Assembly: GCA_030652255.1 (NCBI GenBank)
Contig: JAUSAZ010000012.1
Coordinates: 81,049-145,048, forward strand
Source: Myxococcales bacterium
GTDB taxonomy: Bacteria > Myxococcota_A > Polyangia > Polyangiales > Ga0077539
Length of the DNA stretch: 64,000 bases
Direction: 5' to 3'
The notes under the pieces are model-generated. The model worked only from the letters and a program-made list of their open reading frames with translations, did no database searches and was not told the origin of the DNA. Below are positions 35,380 through 44,220 of this stretch, piece after piece (the stretch's first letter is position 1; the number at the start of each line of letters is the position of its first letter). Both the position numbers and the translations under genes were made by a program.

Positions 35380-37061
35380 GCCCGCCGCGCGCCGGGAGCG
35401 TGGTGCTGCTGGTCGCGCGGGTGCTCTTCCACACCGCCCTGCTCGCGGCGCTGCCCTTCATCGTCGGCGGCCTCGCGGGCTTCTTCGCCGAGGTGTCGCA
35501 GGTGAGCGAGACCCTGCCCCGGCTCATCGAGCGCGCCTCGGTGGTGCTGCTCCCGCTGCAGGTGACGCAGGGCGTCTGCGTCTTCGTGAAGGTGCGCCGC
35601 GAGCTCTCGCTCACCGACGCCGCCCCCACCGCGCGCGCCGTGCTCGAGAGCGCGCTGCGCCACACCCAGGTAATGACCGACAAGGGCCTCGGGCTCTTCT
35701 TCGGCGCCCTCGCCGCGGTCGTGCTCTCGCTCACGCTCAAGTTCGCCGAGCTCGGGATCATCGCCGTGCTCGGGCTCGCGACCCTCTACGCGGTGGTCAC
35801 CACGGGCGTGCTGCTGAGCACCGTCGTGGCGCAGCGCTTCGAGGAGCGCCTCGCGGCCCGGGGCGGGATCATCGGGCGGGAGTTCGTCCCCGTGGTGGTG
35901 GAGTCCGGCGAGAGCGTCGAGGAGCTCTTCCACTTCGAGCGCGTGCCGGTTCCCTGGGGCTTCGTGGTTCAGGTGCACCAGCGCCTCCCGGCGCGCCTCG
36001 CCACGGAGAGCCGCCACGTCGTCGGCGCCGCGGTCTCCATGCGACGGGTGACCCTCTCGCGCCCGGTGCACCGCACGCCGCGCGGGGACTACCGCATCCC
36101 CCCGGCGAGCGTGGCCTTCACCGACCTCTTCGGGCTCACCCGCGTCGCCATCGCGCAGGCCGCCGAGGCCCGGCTGCGGGTGCTCCCGCGGCTGCACCCC
36201 GTGGCCATGGCCGCCGCGCCGCGCTCGCCCGCGCCGCAGGAGGGCGCGCTCGCGGTGCTGCGCCGGGCCCCGACGGAGGACTGGTTTCGCGTGCGGGAGT
36301 ACCTGCCGGGCGACGACACCCGGCGCATCCACTGGAAGCTCAGCGTGAAGCTCGGGCACCTCCAGGTGCGGCAGCCAGAGACCGTGCCGGTGGTGCGTCG
36401 GCGGGTGCGCCTCGTGCTCGACAACCACCTCCCCCGAAGCTACGCGCACGGCGAGGAGGTCGACCTCGTGCTGGGCGACGTCCTCGACCGCCTCGTCGAG
36501 CTCTGGATCTCCCTCGCCCGCACGCTCTCCGAGCGCGGCGAGTCGGTGCAGATCGCCGTGGCGACGGGCGACCCGGCGCGGCCCGCGGAGACGCTCGAGC
36601 TCACCCGCGGGGCGCAGCCGCGGCTGCTCGAGCTGGGCTCGCGGGTGGAGTGGCAGTCGGAGACGGACTTCCACCAGGCGAGCGAGGGGTTGGAGAAGGG
36701 TCAGGCCGTCGTGGTGGTGACGGCGAGGTTCCTGCCGCTGCCCCCGCTGCCGCCGCCCGCGGCGGGCACCGTGACGTGGGTGTTCCTGCCGGTGGCCGAG
36801 GAGATCCCGACGGCGGTGCCGCGGCGCGCGGTGGAGAAGCTCCTGGCGTTCTTCACCCAGCCCTTCGCGCCCGGCGCCGAGGAGAACGCCCTGCTCGCGT
36901 CGGCGCGGCGCGGCAACGCCCGGCGGCGGCTGGAGACCGTGCGCGCCAACACCGCCCACCTCACGGCGGAGGGCTCGGCCGCCGCGGAGGCGACGCTCCG
37001 CGCGCGGGGGGAGCCCTTCTACCGGGTGTCCCGCAGCGGCGTGGCATACCTGCTCGGGTAA
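35376..37061 (+). CDS. DUF58 (VWA-like) protein with extended polytopic N-terminus
   Basis: The ATG overlaps the moxR stop (ATGA). It has 4-5 N-terminal TM helices, then the DUF58 signature 'FRVREYLPGDDTRRIHWKLSVKLGHLQVRQPE'. Confidence 0.85.
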   Translation: MSPPRAGSVVLLVARVLFHTALLAALPFIVGGLAGFFAEVSQVSETLPRLIERASVVLLPLQVTQGVCVFVKVRRELSLTDAAPTARAVLESALRHTQVMTDKGLGLFFGALAAVVLSLTLKFAELGIIAVLGLATLYAVVTTGVLLSTVVAQRFEERLAARGGIIGREFVPVVVESGESVEELFHFERVPVPWGFVVQVHQRLPARLATESRHVVGAAVSMRRVTLSRPVHRTPRGDYRIPPASVAFTDLFGLTRVAIAQAAEARLRVLPRLHPVAMAAAPRSPAPQEGALAVLRRAPTEDWFRVREYLPGDDTRRIHWKLSVKLGHLQVRQPETVPVVRRRVRLVLDNHLPRSYAHGEEVDLVLGDVLDRLVELWISLARTLSERGESVQIAVATGDPARPAETLELTRGAQPRLLELGSRVEWQSETDFHQASEGLEKGQAVVVVTARFLPLPPLPPPAAGTVTWVFLPVAEEIPTAVPRRAVEKLLAFFTQPFAPGAEENALLASARRGNARRRLETVRANTAHLTAEGSAAAEATLRARGEPFYRVSRSGVAYLLG

Positions 37062-37065
37062 GCGC

Positions 37066-38205
37066 TCAGGGCGAGGCGACGCAGCCGAGGCCGCCCCACT
37101 CCGCCGTCGTGCAGCGGTGCCGGGCGGGGCAGACGTTGTCGACGCCGTGCTCGTCGCAGGGCTGGCCCGCGCCCGCGATGACCGGCGGCGAGAGCGCCAC
37201 GCGGCGGGTCTCCGAGCGCAAGCCCCGCGCGTCGACGAGGGTCACCCGCAGCGCCTGCATCACCGCCGCGACCCGCGGGCCGACGTGCAGCACCGCGCGG
37301 CCGACGAAGCGGTCGCCCTCGTCGCGCGAGAGGTACGCGGTGGTGGTGGTGATCGACGCGTCGTCGGCGCCGAGCACCTCGACCTCGGCGCGGCTGGTGT
37401 CGCGGGAGGTGTCCGAGCCCTCCACCCGAAGGCGGACGGTCTCGTCCCACGCGAAGGCGCTCGCCGCTTCGAGCGCCGGGGCGGTGGCCTCGACGCACAC
37501 GCCCACGCCCGACGGCAGTCCCGCGCCGTCACGACAGAACCACCCGTCGCGGCACGCGCTCGCGGGCGCCGAGAGCGAGCAGCGGCCCTCCGCCGTGACG
37601 GGGGGCGCGATGTCGATGCTCCACGCGCAGCCGGTGGAGACGCAGCCCGAGGCGAGGAGGAAGGTGCTCTCGCCGGCCGCGAGCTCGAGGTCGAAGGAGA
37701 GCGGCCGCGTGAAGGGATTGGTCGAGTGGAAGTCGGTGAACTGCCGGCACGCGACCTCGGTGCCCGCGCCCTCGCAGGCGCGGTGCGCCGAGAAGCTCCA
37801 GAGGTTGGAGCCCTGCGCCGAGACGCGCCACAGGCCCGCGACCGGCGCCGTGAAGCGCATCCAGCGGTCGCCGCCGCCCTGCCAGGTCTGGCATGGGCCG
37901 ACGCCTGATCGGGCGCCCGCGGTCGCGCGCAGCGAGTAAGCCCCGGAGCGCGTGGCGTAGGCGTTGACGTCCACCGCGCGCGCCGCGCAGGCGGGGCCCG
38001 CGTCGGGGAGGTCCACCGGGTCGGGCGCGTCGACGATCGCGGGGACTACGTCGACCGCGGGCGCCTCCGCGTCGACCGCGGACGCCGCGTCGGCGGAGGC
38101 GTCCACCGCGCTCGCAGCGTCGGCGGGCGACGACGACGACGCCGTCTCCGCGCAGCCCGCCAACATCCACGCCATCCCAGGTACCAGCCAGCCGTGCTTC
38201 GTCAT
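37066..38205 (-). CDS. Hypothetical Cys-containing lipoprotein
   Basis: Lipobox 'MAWMLAGC', then an acidic Ala/Asp-rich linker with a short duplicated 'DAASAVDA' motif, then a Cys-paired globular region. No family recognised. Confidence 0.6.
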   Translation of the reverse strand: MTKHGWLVPGMAWMLAGCAETASSSSPADAASAVDASADAASAVDAEAPAVDVVPAIVDAPDPVDLPDAGPACAARAVDVNAYATRSGAYSLRATAGARSGVGPCQTWQGGGDRWMRFTAPVAGLWRVSAQGSNLWSFSAHRACEGAGTEVACRQFTDFHSTNPFTRPLSFDLELAAGESTFLLASGCVSTGCAWSIDIAPPVTAEGRCSLSAPASACRDGWFCRDGAGLPSGVGVCVEATAPALEAASAFAWDETVRLRVEGSDTSRDTSRAEVEVLGADDASITTTTAYLSRDEGDRFVGRAVLHVGPRVAAVMQALRVTLVDARGLRSETRRVALSPPVIAGAGQPCDEHGVDNVCPARHRCTTAEWGGLGCVASP

Positions 38206-38303
38206 CGCGGGTGTCTCCGTGGACAGCGCAGTGGCCGGGCCCCCTGCGATCCGTCACCCGATTCGGCCGACGCCCGGCGGAGACACCCGGTAGGCTCCGG
38301 CGC

Positions 38304-39272
38304 GTGCGGACACCGGGCGTTGTCGTCGCGCTCTCGCTCTGTTTCCTCCCGCGCCTCGCGGGGGCGCAGGACGCGCTCGCCTTCACCTGGACCGCCCCGC
38401 CCGGGTGCCCCTCGCGCGACGCCGTCGTGGCGGGCGTCGCCCGGCTGCGGCCCAACCTCACCCGCGCCGCCTCGGGGCTGCGCGCGACGGCCACGGTCAC
38501 GCCGACGCCGCGCGGTCGCTGGCGGGTGCGGGTGCACACCGAGGTGAACGGCGACGGCGGCGACCGGATGCTGGAGGGGCGCACCTGCGCGCTGGTCGCG
38601 GAGGCCGCGGCGGTGGTGCTGGCGCTCGCCTCGGACGCGCTCCCCGACGCGACGCCTGCGCTCGAGCGCCCGGCGCTCCCGGAGTCCGTGGTGCAGGTCG
38701 ACGACCCCGAGTCGGCCCTCCCCCGACCCGCGGTGCTGCCCCCTCCCCCGGCGCCTGTGCCGCGCTGGGTCGACCTCGGGCTCGATGCCGTCCTCGACGC
38801 GCTCGCCTTCGCCGGGCCGGCGGTGTCGCTCGGGGTGCACGGCGCCCTCGACCGCGGCGCCCTGCGGCTGGAGCTCGGCCTGGCCCAGCAGCTCCCCACC
38901 ACGCTCGACGGCGCGCGGCCAGGCACCGGGGCGGAGGTGCTCGCGACCACGCTCACCGCGCGGGCCTGCGCGATGCGGGTGCGGCCGGTGCTCGCCGTGG
39001 GTCTCTGTGCCGCGGCGACCGGGGGCGTGATGTGGGCGACGGCCTTCGGGCTCCAGCGCAACGACACCGCGGCGTGGCCCTGGGCGACGGCGGGCGCGGG
39101 CGCGGCGCTGCGGGTGGGCCCCGGGGGTGGGCGCTTCGCGGTGATCGCGCACGTCGAGGGGGTGGCCAACCTCACCCGGCCCCGCTTCGTGGTGGAGGGC
39201 GTCGGGGTCACCGGCGAGGTCGTGGCCTTCGGGCTCGTGACGAGCCTCGGGCTCGAAGCGCGATGGCCGTGA
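38304..39272 (+). CDS. Hypothetical secreted protein, first gene of the ECF operon
   Basis: The GTG at 38304 gives 'VRTPGVVVALSLCFLPRLAGAQD' (signal peptide). The C-terminal half is Gly/Ala/Leu-rich with beta-strand-like alternation. Its 3' end overlaps the sigma-factor start by 10 nt. Confidence 0.5.
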   Translation: MRTPGVVVALSLCFLPRLAGAQDALAFTWTAPPGCPSRDAVVAGVARLRPNLTRAASGLRATATVTPTPRGRWRVRVHTEVNGDGGDRMLEGRTCALVAEAAAVVLALASDALPDATPALERPALPESVVQVDDPESALPRPAVLPPPPAPVPRWVDLGLDAVLDALAFAGPAVSLGVHGALDRGALRLELGLAQQLPTTLDGARPGTGAEVLATTLTARACAMRVRPVLAVGLCAAATGGVMWATAFGLQRNDTAAWPWATAGAGAALRVGPGGGRFAVIAHVEGVANLTRPRFVVEGVGVTGEVVAFGLVTSLGLEARWP

Positions 39273-39856
39273 CGGATCGCCCGGACCCCGGCCACTCCCC
39301 CGGCACGATGGAGACCGCGCTCCCCGCGACTGCGCCCGGCGCGACCGACTTCGACGCGGTGTACCGCGAACATTTCCCTTTCGTGTGGCGCAACCTCCGG
39401 CGGCTCGGGGTCGCCGAGGCCTACGTCGAGGATGCCGCGCAGGAGGTCTGGGTGGTGGTGCATCGGCGGCTGAAGGACTTCGAGGGTCGGTCGTCGGTGC
39501 GCACCTGGCTCTTCGGCATCGCGATGCGCACCGCCAGCGACCACCGCCGGTGGCGCCGCCGCAAGGACCCGCGCGACCGCAGCGACGAGGTCGACGCCGT
39601 CGCCTCGACGGCCCCGTCCCCGGAGGCGATGACCGAGCGCGCGCAGGCGGGCCGGGTGCTCGACGCGCTGCTCGACGAGCTCCCCGAGGAGCGCAGGGTG
39701 GTGTTCATGCTGGCCGAGCTGGAGCAGATGTCCGCGCCCGAGATCGCCCTCGCCGTGGGCGCCCCGTTGAACACCGTGTACTCGCGGCTGCGCGTGGGGC
39801 GCGCCGAGTTCGAGGCCGCCGCGCAGCGCTACCGCAGCGCCAGGAGCCCGTCATGA
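39263..39856 (+). CDS. ECF-type RNA polymerase sigma-70 factor
   Basis: Region 2 'FDAVYREHFPFVWRNLRRLGVAEAYVEDAAQEVWVVVHRRL..F.G.SSVRTWLFGIA'. Region 4 'ERRVVFMLAELEQMSAPEIALAVGAPLNTVYSRLRVGR'. Confidence 0.88.
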   Translation: MAVTDRPDPGHSPGTMETALPATAPGATDFDAVYREHFPFVWRNLRRLGVAEAYVEDAAQEVWVVVHRRLKDFEGRSSVRTWLFGIAMRTASDHRRWRRRKDPRDRSDEVDAVASTAPSPEAMTERAQAGRVLDALLDELPEERRVVFMLAELEQMSAPEIALAVGAPLNTVYSRLRVGRAEFEAAAQRYRSARSPS

Positions 39857-40503
39857 ACGACCTCTCCCCCGAGACCCGCGGGCTCCTCGCGTCGCTCGCC
39901 CCGAGCCACGACCCGCCGCCCGACGTCGCCGCGCGGGTGCACGCCCGCGTCGCCGAGCGCATCGCCGCCGCGCCCCCGGCGACCCCCGCGCTCGCCTGGA
40001 AGCTCTGGGCGGGCGTCGGGGTCACCGTCCTCGCGCTCGGCTGGTGGGCGACCCGTCCGCCCTCCTCCGTCGCTCCGCCGCCCCCGCGCCCGGTGCCCGC
40101 CGTCGTGGCGCCCGCACCCCCGCCGCCGCCGCCCGTCGTGGTCGCACCGCTGGTCGTGGCCGCGCCGCTCGCGATGCCCGTGCCTGCGCCGGTCGCAGCG
40201 CCCGCACCCGCGGCGCCGCGGGTCGAGCGCGATGATCTGCCCGCCGAGCTTCGCTGGATCGAGCGCGCCCAGACCGCCCTCGCAGCGGGTGACCCGGGCG
40301 CGGCGCAGGCGGCGCTGCGGGGCCACGCGCGGGCCTTCCCACGAGGGCACCTCGCGGAGGAGCGCGAGGCCCTCTCGGTGCAGGCGCTCTGCGCGTCGGG
40401 TCGGGCGGAGGAGGCGCGCCGGGCGGCGGCGGCCTTCGTGGCGAGGCACCCCACGTCGCCGCAGTCGGCGAGGGTACGGCGGACATGCGTCGACGCGCCC
40501 TGA
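39853..40503 (+). CDS. Anti-sigma-factor-like single-pass membrane protein
   Basis: ATGA overlap with the sigma gene. Short cytoplasmic N-terminus, one TM (LWAGVGVTVLALGWWA), a Pro-rich spacer and a C-terminal TPR-like helix pair. The call rests on position and topology. Confidence 0.6.
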   Translation: MNDLSPETRGLLASLAPSHDPPPDVAARVHARVAERIAAAPPATPALAWKLWAGVGVTVLALGWWATRPPSSVAPPPPRPVPAVVAPAPPPPPPVVVAPLVVAAPLAMPVPAPVAAPAPAAPRVERDDLPAELRWIERAQTALAAGDPGAAQAALRGHARAFPRGHLAEEREALSVQALCASGRAEEARRAAAAFVARHPTSPQSARVRRTCVDAP

Positions 40504-41759
40504 TCGCCCTCGCGGCGCTGTGCGGGTGCCGGTGGGACGTGGTCCTCGGCGCCGACGGGATCGCCGTGCGCCCCGACGCCTCGACGGACGCGACGCCCGC
40601 GCTCGACGCGCCGCTCGTGCTGCCGAGGGACGTCCCGATGGTGCTCGACGCGGTCGCCGACGCCACCGTCGACGCGACGCAGGACGCCCCGCCGGACGTT
40701 CCCGAGACGCCGATGGGGACGATCCGCTCGCTGGCGCCCGGCGGCACCTTCACCTGCGTGGTGCGCACCGACGCTTCGGTCTGGTGCTGGGGCGACAACA
40801 CCCGCGGACAGCTCGGCGTCGGCTCCACCGCGCCCGTCACGGGGCCCGTGCGCGTCCGCGGACTCGGCCCGGTGACCTCGATGGTCTCCGGCGCCCGCCA
40901 CGCGTGCGCGCTGCTCACGGCCGGCGGGCTTCGCTGCTGGGGCGCCAACGAGCGCGGGCAGCTCGGCGACGGCACCACCGTCGACCGTCCGAGCCCCGTG
41001 GCGCCGACAGGTCTCGACGCCGTCGACGAGGTGAGCGCCGGGGCGGGGCACACCTGCGCGCGTCACGGGTCCGTCGTCCGCTGCGCGGGCGACAACCGCC
41101 GCGGGCAGCTCGGCGACGGGTCTACCATCGACCGCAACGTGTTCACCGCCGTCGCGGGGAGCTTTCGCCGCGTGCTCGCGGGGGGCGCGTTCACCGCCGC
41201 GGAGACCACCGACGGGGCCGTGCAGGCCTGGGGCGCCAACGACCGCGGGCAGCTCGGCGACGGCACCACCGTCGACCGCCCGACGCCCGGCCCGGTGCTC
41301 GGGCTCAGCGAGGGGCGCCTGCACGCGGTGGGCGACGCGCACTCGCTCGCGCGCACCGCCGATGGGACCACCTGGGCCTGGGGCGACGGCGCCCGCGGGG
41401 CCCTGGGCGACGGCGCGACGCTGGTGCGCACCACACCGCTGGCCGTCGAGTCGTGGCGGGGGCAGTCGTCCCTGGTCGCGGGCGACGGCTTCACCTGCGG
41501 CGCGCTGGGCACCGACGCGGTCTCCTGCGCGGGCGCCAACGACCGGGGCCAGATCGGCGACGGCACCAGCACCGACAACCCCGTCCCGCAGCGCATCATC
41601 GAGTTCGCGCGCAACCCGCCTCGCGCCCTCGCGGCGGGGGCGGGTCACGGCTGCGCGCTCGTCAACACCGAGCTCTGGTGCTGGGGTGACAACACCCTCG
41701 GGCAGATCGAGCCGGGCGGACCGCCGATGCTCATCCGCCCGATGCTGTTGCCGCGCTGA
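40485..41759 (+). CDS. RCC1-repeat (beta-propeller) lipoprotein
   Basis: Lipobox 'LAALCGC'. About 7 repeats of 'C(W/A)G.N..GQLGDG(T/S)'. Confidence 0.85.
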   Translation: MRRRALIALAALCGCRWDVVLGADGIAVRPDASTDATPALDAPLVLPRDVPMVLDAVADATVDATQDAPPDVPETPMGTIRSLAPGGTFTCVVRTDASVWCWGDNTRGQLGVGSTAPVTGPVRVRGLGPVTSMVSGARHACALLTAGGLRCWGANERGQLGDGTTVDRPSPVAPTGLDAVDEVSAGAGHTCARHGSVVRCAGDNRRGQLGDGSTIDRNVFTAVAGSFRRVLAGGAFTAAETTDGAVQAWGANDRGQLGDGTTVDRPTPGPVLGLSEGRLHAVGDAHSLARTADGTTWAWGDGARGALGDGATLVRTTPLAVESWRGQSSLVAGDGFTCGALGTDAVSCAGANDRGQIGDGTSTDNPVPQRIIEFARNPPRALAAGAGHGCALVNTELWCWGDNTLGQIEPGGPPMLIRPMLLPR

Positions 41760-41765
41760 GGGCCC

Positions 41766-43820
41766 TCAGGCGTCGTCGCCCACCGAGGCCGTCGAGCGCC
41801 ACCAGAGGCCCTCCAGCCGGTCGACCGCGCGGCGAACCAGCTCGCGCGGCGTCGCGGCGCTCGCGATGGTCTCGGTCACCCACGAGGCCCAGCGGGGATC
41901 GCTCGTCGGCGCCCGCACCCGTCGGTGGAGCGCCTGCACCTTGAACGCGAGCACCACCCGCTGTCCCTCGTCGAGGGTCGGCACGGCCATGGGCTTCGCC
42001 TGGTGGAGCCGGTGGCGAAGCATGGCGGCGTCCTCGCTGGGCAGCACGGTGCGCTGCTCGGCCACGTCGGCCAGCAGCGCGTCGGCCTCGCCCCGCAGCC
42101 GGTCGAGCGCGTCGGGGGTGATCGCCAGCACGACGCAGCTCCCGGGGAGCGTGCCGCCGCAGTAGTACGAGAGCGAGCGGAGCGCCGCGCGACGCTGCGG
42201 GGCCGTGAAGGCGCGGAAGAGGTTCTCGGCCTCGTCGACGAGGATCATCGGGCCGCGGCATCCGTCGACCCGCGCGAGCAGCTCGAGCCATAGCAGCAGG
42301 CGCTGGTAGGCGTCCTTGCGGTAGGTCGCCGACGCGGGCTTCACGCGCAGGTCGGAGGTCGACAGGAAGGCCTCCGCGACGGCCCCGGGTCGCTTGCTGC
42401 GCCGCATCCGTCCGAGGAGCTTCGTGGCCGACCCGGCCGCGTCGCCGGCCCCCTCCGCGATGGCCTCCAGGGTCGCGCGCAGGGACTCCACCGCTGCGGT
42501 GGTGCGGGTCCACGCGACGAGCCGGTCGAGGGCGCTCGGCCTGCCCGGCAGCGGGAGCACGGCCTGGTCGAGCATGCGGAAGAGGTGGCGCTGCGGGTGC
42601 CCGAGGTCGGCGTCGAGGTACTCCAGCGACAGGCGGAACACCGGCCGCCGCTCGGCCAGCGAGCGCGCCGTGAGGTGCATGAGCAGGTGCGACTTGCCCG
42701 AGCCGTACACCCCCGAGACGAGCGCGAAGACCGAGCTCTCCAGCGACGCGTGGCGGAAGAGCTCGTCGATGGTGGCGTCGATGTGCTCGTGGCCCACGCT
42801 GAGCCCCACGTCGGGGTCGACCGGCGGCAGGCCGTGCGCCGACCGCAGGATGGCGCGCAGCCCCGCGGCCTCGCTGCGCACCGCCGGGAGGGGGATGGGG
42901 AGCATCGCCGGGGCGCGCCACCCGGCGGGCGCGGAGAGGTCGACGAGCGGGCGGTGCGGCGGCGGGAGGTCGTCCGAGGCGGGCGCCGGGGCGAGCACCC
43001 GGGAGGCGAGCGGGCCGCTGAGGGAGATCCCCCGCGCGCCGTCGTAGAGCAGCGCCGTGGCGCCGACCCAGAGCTGCGCGGACACGAGCCCCCGCGCGCC
43101 GTCGGCGTTGTCGATGAGCTCGCGCAGCACGGTGAAGCCCCCGTCGCGGCGCGAGGCCGAGAGCCGCGTGAGCACCTCGGCGCCCTCGAAGACGAGCAGC
43201 AGCCCGCGGTGGCCGAGCGCGCGCACGAGCCGCGAGCACTCGCCGAGGGCGCGCAGGGCGGTGGGGGCGGAGAGCGCGGAGAGGGCGGCGCCGCGGGACT
43301 CGACGCGGGAGAGGTCGGTGCCCGCGAGCCAGGCGTCGATGCGCGAGGCGGGGCGCGCGGGGCGGCCGGCGGCGTCGAGGTACTCGCGGGTGAGCACCGC
43401 GAGGTCGCCGTGGGCGCCGAAGCGCGCGGCCTCGCGGTCGAAGGCGGCGAGCGCGGCGCCGGGCGAGGCGTGGGTGGCGAGGAAGGCGTCGAGCAGCGCG
43501 GTCCAGCCGCGGTCGCGCGAGGCGCCGGGCGCGCGGAGCGACTGCACCAGGTTGCGCACGAGGCCGTCGAGGGTGTCGAAGCAGCGGTCGGACAGCACGC
43601 CCACGCGGGCGACGCAGAGCCCGCGGGTCCACGCGGCGTCGGCGAGGGCGTCGAACCACGCGCTCGCCGCCGAGGCCCGCTTCGCCCGAAGGAAGAGCAC
43701 CTCCGCCGCGCCGGTGAGGGCGACGTCCTCCATCCCCTGCTGCGCCGCGCGCAGGAGGGCCGACTGCCACGCGTCCTCGGGCGAGTCTGGGGGGCTGGAG
43801 GTGCGCGGGGACAACGCCAC
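41766..43820 (-). CDS. BrxC/BrxD (DUF2791)-like P-loop ATPase with a degenerate N-terminal duplicate
   Basis: The C-terminal half has Walker A 'VSGVYGSGKSHLL' and Walker B 'PMILVDEAENLF'. The N-terminal half aligns to it (HRGLLLVFEGAEVL versus CRGPMILVDEAENL) but lacks a P-loop. The family call is from memory of the DUF2791 architecture. Confidence 0.55.
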   Translation of the reverse strand: MALSPRTSSPPDSPEDAWQSALLRAAQQGMEDVALTGAAEVLFLRAKRASAASAWFDALADAAWTRGLCVARVGVLSDRCFDTLDGLVRNLVQSLRAPGASRDRGWTALLDAFLATHASPGAALAAFDREAARFGAHGDLAVLTREYLDAAGRPARPASRIDAWLAGTDLSRVESRGAALSALSAPTALRALGECSRLVRALGHRGLLLVFEGAEVLTRLSASRRDGGFTVLRELIDNADGARGLVSAQLWVGATALLYDGARGISLSGPLASRVLAPAPASDDLPPPHRPLVDLSAPAGWRAPAMLPIPLPAVRSEAAGLRAILRSAHGLPPVDPDVGLSVGHEHIDATIDELFRHASLESSVFALVSGVYGSGKSHLLMHLTARSLAERRPVFRLSLEYLDADLGHPQRHLFRMLDQAVLPLPGRPSALDRLVAWTRTTAAVESLRATLEAIAEGAGDAAGSATKLLGRMRRSKRPGAVAEAFLSTSDLRVKPASATYRKDAYQRLLLWLELLARVDGCRGPMILVDEAENLFRAFTAPQRRAALRSLSYYCGGTLPGSCVVLAITPDALDRLRGEADALLADVAEQRTVLPSEDAAMLRHRLHQAKPMAVPTLDEGQRVVLAFKVQALHRRVRAPTSDPRWASWVTETIASAATPRELVRRAVDRLEGLWWRSTASVGDDA

Positions 43821-43885
43821 GCGCAGACTCTACGCCCGCTCGCGCCCGATCCGGGGACCGTTGCGCGGGCTCGTCGCGAAGGTGC

Positions 43886-44137
43886 CTACGGGATGAGGTC
43901 GTCGTCGTCGTCGGCCGCGCCGCGCGCGACCCCGACGGCCTCGCGGATGTCGTCGATCACGTCGCCGAAGGGGGCGCCGAGCCACACCTCCCACTCCTCC
44001 TCGAAGGACTCCAGCGAGCCCGTGAAGCCCTCGCGCCGGCCGTCGATGGCGAGCACCGACACGGCGATGCCCCGCCGGTCGACGGTGAGGGTGACGGTGT
44101 CGCCCACGGCGGTGTCGCGCGACCAGGTGCGGGTCAT
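43886..44137 (-). CDS. Small acidic hypothetical protein (83 aa)
   Basis: ORF 65 nt upstream of the ATPase gene on the same strand. Composition is protein-like and it ends in 'AADDDDDLIP'. No family recognised. Confidence 0.45.
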   Translation of the reverse strand: MTRTWSRDTAVGDTVTLTVDRRGIAVSVLAIDGRREGFTGSLESFEEEWEVWLGAPFGDVIDDIREAVGVARGAADDDDDLIP

Positions 44138-44220
44138 CGCCGGAGCGTATCGGGCATGTGGAGCGCCGCGGCCAGCACCACGTGTCGGCGCGCACGCGTC
44201 AGTCGTCTACCCGCACGAAG

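Noticed and set aside
33402-43820. TerB-like protein plus DUF2791-like ATPase as a split Shango-type defence system
   Set aside because: The two genes are more than 7 kb apart on opposite strands and are separated by an unrelated ECF operon. No helicase component is present. The TerB gene is instead tightly coupled to MoxR/DUF58.
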